Of a stretch of 32,000 nt of DNA, positions 28,528-32,000 are shown piece after piece. The notes under the pieces are model-generated. The model searched no databases. It had not been told where the DNA came from and saw only the letters and a list, made by a program, of their open reading frames with translations. Numbering within the stretch: position 1 is the stretch's first letter; the number at the start of each line of letters is the position of its first letter. The stretch is from Deinococcus radiodurans R1 = ATCC 13939 = DSM 20539 (GTDB lineage Bacteria; Deinococcota; Deinococci; Deinococcales; Deinococcaceae), in assembly GCF_000008565.1 (NCBI RefSeq), contig NC_001263.1, positions 311,865 to 343,864 on the forward strand, in the 5' to 3' direction. Made by a program: the position numbers and the translations under genes.

Positions 28528-29550
28528 TCACCGCCAGTCCTGGCCCTGCAAGGTCTTGACCAGCGCGTCGAGCTGTTTGCCCCCAAGCTGCGGGAAGGCG
28601 GGCATCCCAGCGGCGCCGTGCAGCACGATCTGGCGCAGCGCCGTTTCGTTGCGCAGGGCGGGCGAGCCGATCAGCTTGGGCCCGGCGCCGCCTGCGCCCT
28701 TCTGCCCGTGGCAGCTCGCGCAGTTCTGGGCGAAGACCAGCGCGCCGTCCACCGTGCCGCCCACCTTCGCCTGATACTCCACGATCAGATCGTCGGCCTC
28801 GTGCGAGTCGGGGGCGAGCTTCTGGTAGTTGGTCAGCACCGTGAGCGCGTCCTGATACTGCCCGAACGCCCCCAGGCCGTAGCCGTAGAGAAGCTGGCCC
28901 TCGGGCGACTGCGGGTCGAGCTGCGCAGCGCGGGCAATAAAGCTCAGGCCGTTTTCCGCCATCTTGGGGTCGGTCAGCAGGAAATACCCCACCCGGCGCA
29001 TCGCCCTGGGGTTGTCGCGCTCTTTGAGCAGCACCTGCGTGTACGCCTCCGCCGACTGCCGGTACTGCCGGGCGTCCCACGCCGCGTCGCCCCAGGCGAG
29101 GTAATCCGCCGTCTGCCCCGAGCGCTTGGCCTGGCTGGCGAGCACCGGCAGCCGCGAGGCGTTGGCAAGCTGCGTCTGCTCGGCGGGGGAGAGGCCCAGG
29201 TTGCGCCATTTCGGCAAGAAGGTAACGGTCCCCACGCCCAGCAGCAGCGCCACGCCGAGCAGGGTGACGGCGGCGGCAGGCAGCGCGGGCCGGGCCTGTC
29301 CGGGCTTCGGCGCGGGCGGCAGGGTGTCGAGTTCGTGTAGCACCTGCGTCAGCCGCACCTTCTCGCGGGTCAGGGTTCCGGCGTCGGCGCCCTGCGATTG
29401 CAACTCGCCCAGGTTGCTGAGCAGCAGTTCGCGCTCCTCCTCCAGCTCGGTGCGGCGGGTATCGGCGGGCGTCACGCGGGCCGGGGCCAGGATGGGCCGC
29501 AGCAGGAGCGCAAAGGTTAATAAGCCCAGCGCCAGCAAGACATACATCAT
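28528..29550 (-). CDS. ccmI: CcmI/CycH-like cytochrome c biogenesis protein (2 TM + TPR) fused to a C-terminal monoheme cytochrome c domain
   Basis: TM1 MMYVLLALGLLTFALLL, charged loop, TM2 AAVTLLGVALLLGVGTVTFL, TPR-like AWGDAAWDARQYRQSAEAYTQVL... Then NCASCHGQKG...HGAAGMPAF (CXXCH at 28708-28722 plus a Met ligand motif). Confidence 0.8.
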   Translation of the reverse strand: MMYVLLALGLLTFALLLRPILAPARVTPADTRRTELEEERELLLSNLGELQSQGADAGTLTREKVRLTQVLHELDTLPPAPKPGQARPALPAAAVTLLGVALLLGVGTVTFLPKWRNLGLSPAEQTQLANASRLPVLASQAKRSGQTADYLAWGDAAWDARQYRQSAEAYTQVLLKERDNPRAMRRVGYFLLTDPKMAENGLSFIARAAQLDPQSPEGQLLYGYGLGAFGQYQDALTVLTNYQKLAPDSHEADDLIVEYQAKVGGTVDGALVFAQNCASCHGQKGAGGAGPKLIGSPALRNETALRQIVLHGAAGMPAFPQLGGKQLDALVKTLQGQDWR

Positions 29551-30146
29551 GCTTGTTCCTCGCGTTCACGCAGGAGCGCGGCAATCCGGCGCTCGTCCTC
29601 GGCGCTCAGCGTTTCGACGGGCTCGCGGCTGGCGCGGCGCAGGTAGCCCTGCCACAGCCCGGTGCCCAGCACGAGTGCCCCTACCGGGAAGCCCCACAGC
29701 AACCAGTTGATGCCTTTTTTCGGCGGTTCCATCAGAATCCGTTCGCCATAGCTCGCCACGAAGCGCCCCAGAATCTGCGACTCGCTCTGGCCCTGGCGAA
29801 TGCCGTCACGCACCTCGTTCATCATCTGGCGCGAGATGTCGGTCTGCGACTGCGCGATGCTCTCGCCCGAGCAGACGGGGCAGTGCAGCTTGGTCCCGAT
29901 GCGTTCGGCCTGCCGTTCCTGCTCCACGCTGAGAGGCAGGGGCGCGGTGCGGTCCACTTCGGCCACCCCAGTCCGCACCGAGTCGGCACGGCCCCGCTGG
30001 TCGGTGTCCTTGGGCGCGGCCTGCGAGGCGGCCCCCTGCGTGGCGTTCTGCTGCGCGGGCGTGGTGGTGCCCTGGGCCAGGACTGGCGAGGCGAGCAGCA
30101 ACGCGGTCAGGACGGCTTGGGCGCCCTTCATCCCCTTACCCTTCAT
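29547..30146 (-). CDS. ccmH: Cytochrome c-type biogenesis protein CcmH
   Basis: Signal peptide then LHCPVCSGESIAQSQTDISRQM (CXXC motif) and a C-terminal TM. ATGA overlaps at both ends (30143-30146 and 29547-29550). Confidence 0.9.
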   Translation of the reverse strand: MKGKGMKGAQAVLTALLLASPVLAQGTTTPAQQNATQGAASQAAPKDTDQRGRADSVRTGVAEVDRTAPLPLSVEQERQAERIGTKLHCPVCSGESIAQSQTDISRQMMNEVRDGIRQGQSESQILGRFVASYGERILMEPPKKGINWLLWGFPVGALVLGTGLWQGYLRRASREPVETLSAEDERRIAALLREREEQA

Positions 30147-30705
30147 AACCCCGCCTGCTTCAGCGCCGCGCGCAACTCGGGTTCCTCGATGGGGCCGTCC
30201 TTGATGTGCACGACTTTGCCCTGACCATCCACGATGAAGGTGATGGGCAGCTTCCCCACGCCGTAGCTGAGGGCCGTGCGCGAGCCGGGGTCGAGCAGCG
30301 CGGGGTAAATCAGGCCGTACTGGTCCATGAACCTGCGGGCGTCCGCCGGCTGGTCGTTGTAGATGACGCCGAAAAACTCGGCCTTGCCCGCCGTCTCCTG
30401 CGACAGTTTGGAAAACAGCGGCGCTTCCTGACGGCACGGCACGCACCACGACGCCCAGAAATTGATCACCACCGGCTTGCCCTGGGCCGCCGTGAGCGCG
30501 TGCGTGCGCCCGCCGAGGTCTTCGAGCGCGAAGGCCGGCGCGGGCTTGCCGAGCAGCGCGGGGCCGCCCTCGGGATCGGGGGTGAACAGGCCGTAGGCGA
30601 GCAGGCCGACCAGCCCGACCATCACGGCGGGGACAATCCAGCGGGTCCAGGAAGCGCGGCGCGGTTGGGGAGAAAGCGACGGGGAAGTAGGCGGAGTGGG
30701 CGAAG

Positions 30706-30709
<4 letters not shown>
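30143..30709 (-). CDS. ccmG: Thiol:disulfide oxidoreductase CcmG/DsbE (thioredoxin fold)
   Basis: TM anchor WIVPAVMVGLVGLLAYGLF; VINFWASWCVPCRQEAP. GTG 30709 overlaps the ccmF stop (GTGA). Confidence 0.88.

Positions 30710-32000
<1,291 letters not shown>

Noticed and set aside
30147-30449. Extended N-termini of the ccmH (to 30449) and ccmG (to 30865) ORFs
   Set aside because: The extensions overlap the upstream genes in other frames and are Arg/Gly-rich. Starts that form ATGA/GTGA overlaps give proper signal or anchor sequences.

Overview
High-GC, Deinococcus-type chromosomal window made up mostly of housekeeping genes. From memory, the gene order matches Deinococcus radiodurans chromosome I around DR_0309 to DR_0348; I cannot verify this without a database search.

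Plus strand, 1-6958: the 3' end of tuf, then a tightly coupled ribosomal operon of 14 genes (rpsJ, rplC, rplD, rplW, rplB, rpsS, rplV, rpsC, rplP, rpmC, rpsQ, rplN, rplX, rplE). It ends at a strong terminator after rplE.

The rest, in order:
- a cyclodeaminase-like gene (-), mdh (-) and ddrD (-), the last with a radiation/desiccation response motif (RDRM) operator inside its promoter
- an HtrA-like PDZ protease (-, reading frame interrupted) and a GGCT-like gene (+)
- a tandem-Nudix gene (-), an orphan secreted protein (+) and a 66-aa disordered protein (-); this block sits between two copies of a ~110-bp intergenic repeat
- a UbiD-family decarboxylase coupled to a DUF3885-like gene (+)
- a lipoprotein lipase (-) and a DEAD-box helicase (+, with an N-terminal low-complexity segment in another frame)
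- an acyl-CoA synthetase (-), a membrane-anchored TPR/GH26-like protein (-) and a small basic protein (-)
- an M20 amidohydrolase (+), folC (+), tRNA-Leu(GAG) (-) and rpsO (+)
- on the minus strand, ccmF-ccmG-ccmH, a CcmI::cytochrome c fusion and a Rieske protein

I saw no CRISPR array, IS element or transposase, integrase, prophage gene or recognisable defence or toxin module. I therefore do not claim a self-contained novel multi-gene system here.

The observations most worth follow-up are:
1. An intrinsic terminator oriented for the plus strand between two minus-strand genes, next to the RDRM-controlled ddrD promoter (candidate small or antisense RNA).
2. A 118-nt doubly hairpinned spacer at the rplX-rplE junction.
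3. Two single-nucleotide frame breaks, one in the HtrA-like protease and one in the DEAD-box helicase N-terminus.
4. A CcmI-cytochrome c fusion translationally coupled to a Rieske protein with no adjacent cytochrome b.
5. A -10-like hexamer 5-8 nt upstream of many start codons, consistent with leaderless mRNAs.
6. The repeat pair.

All coordinates, pairings and alignments were worked out by eye from the sequence. No searches or folding programs were run.
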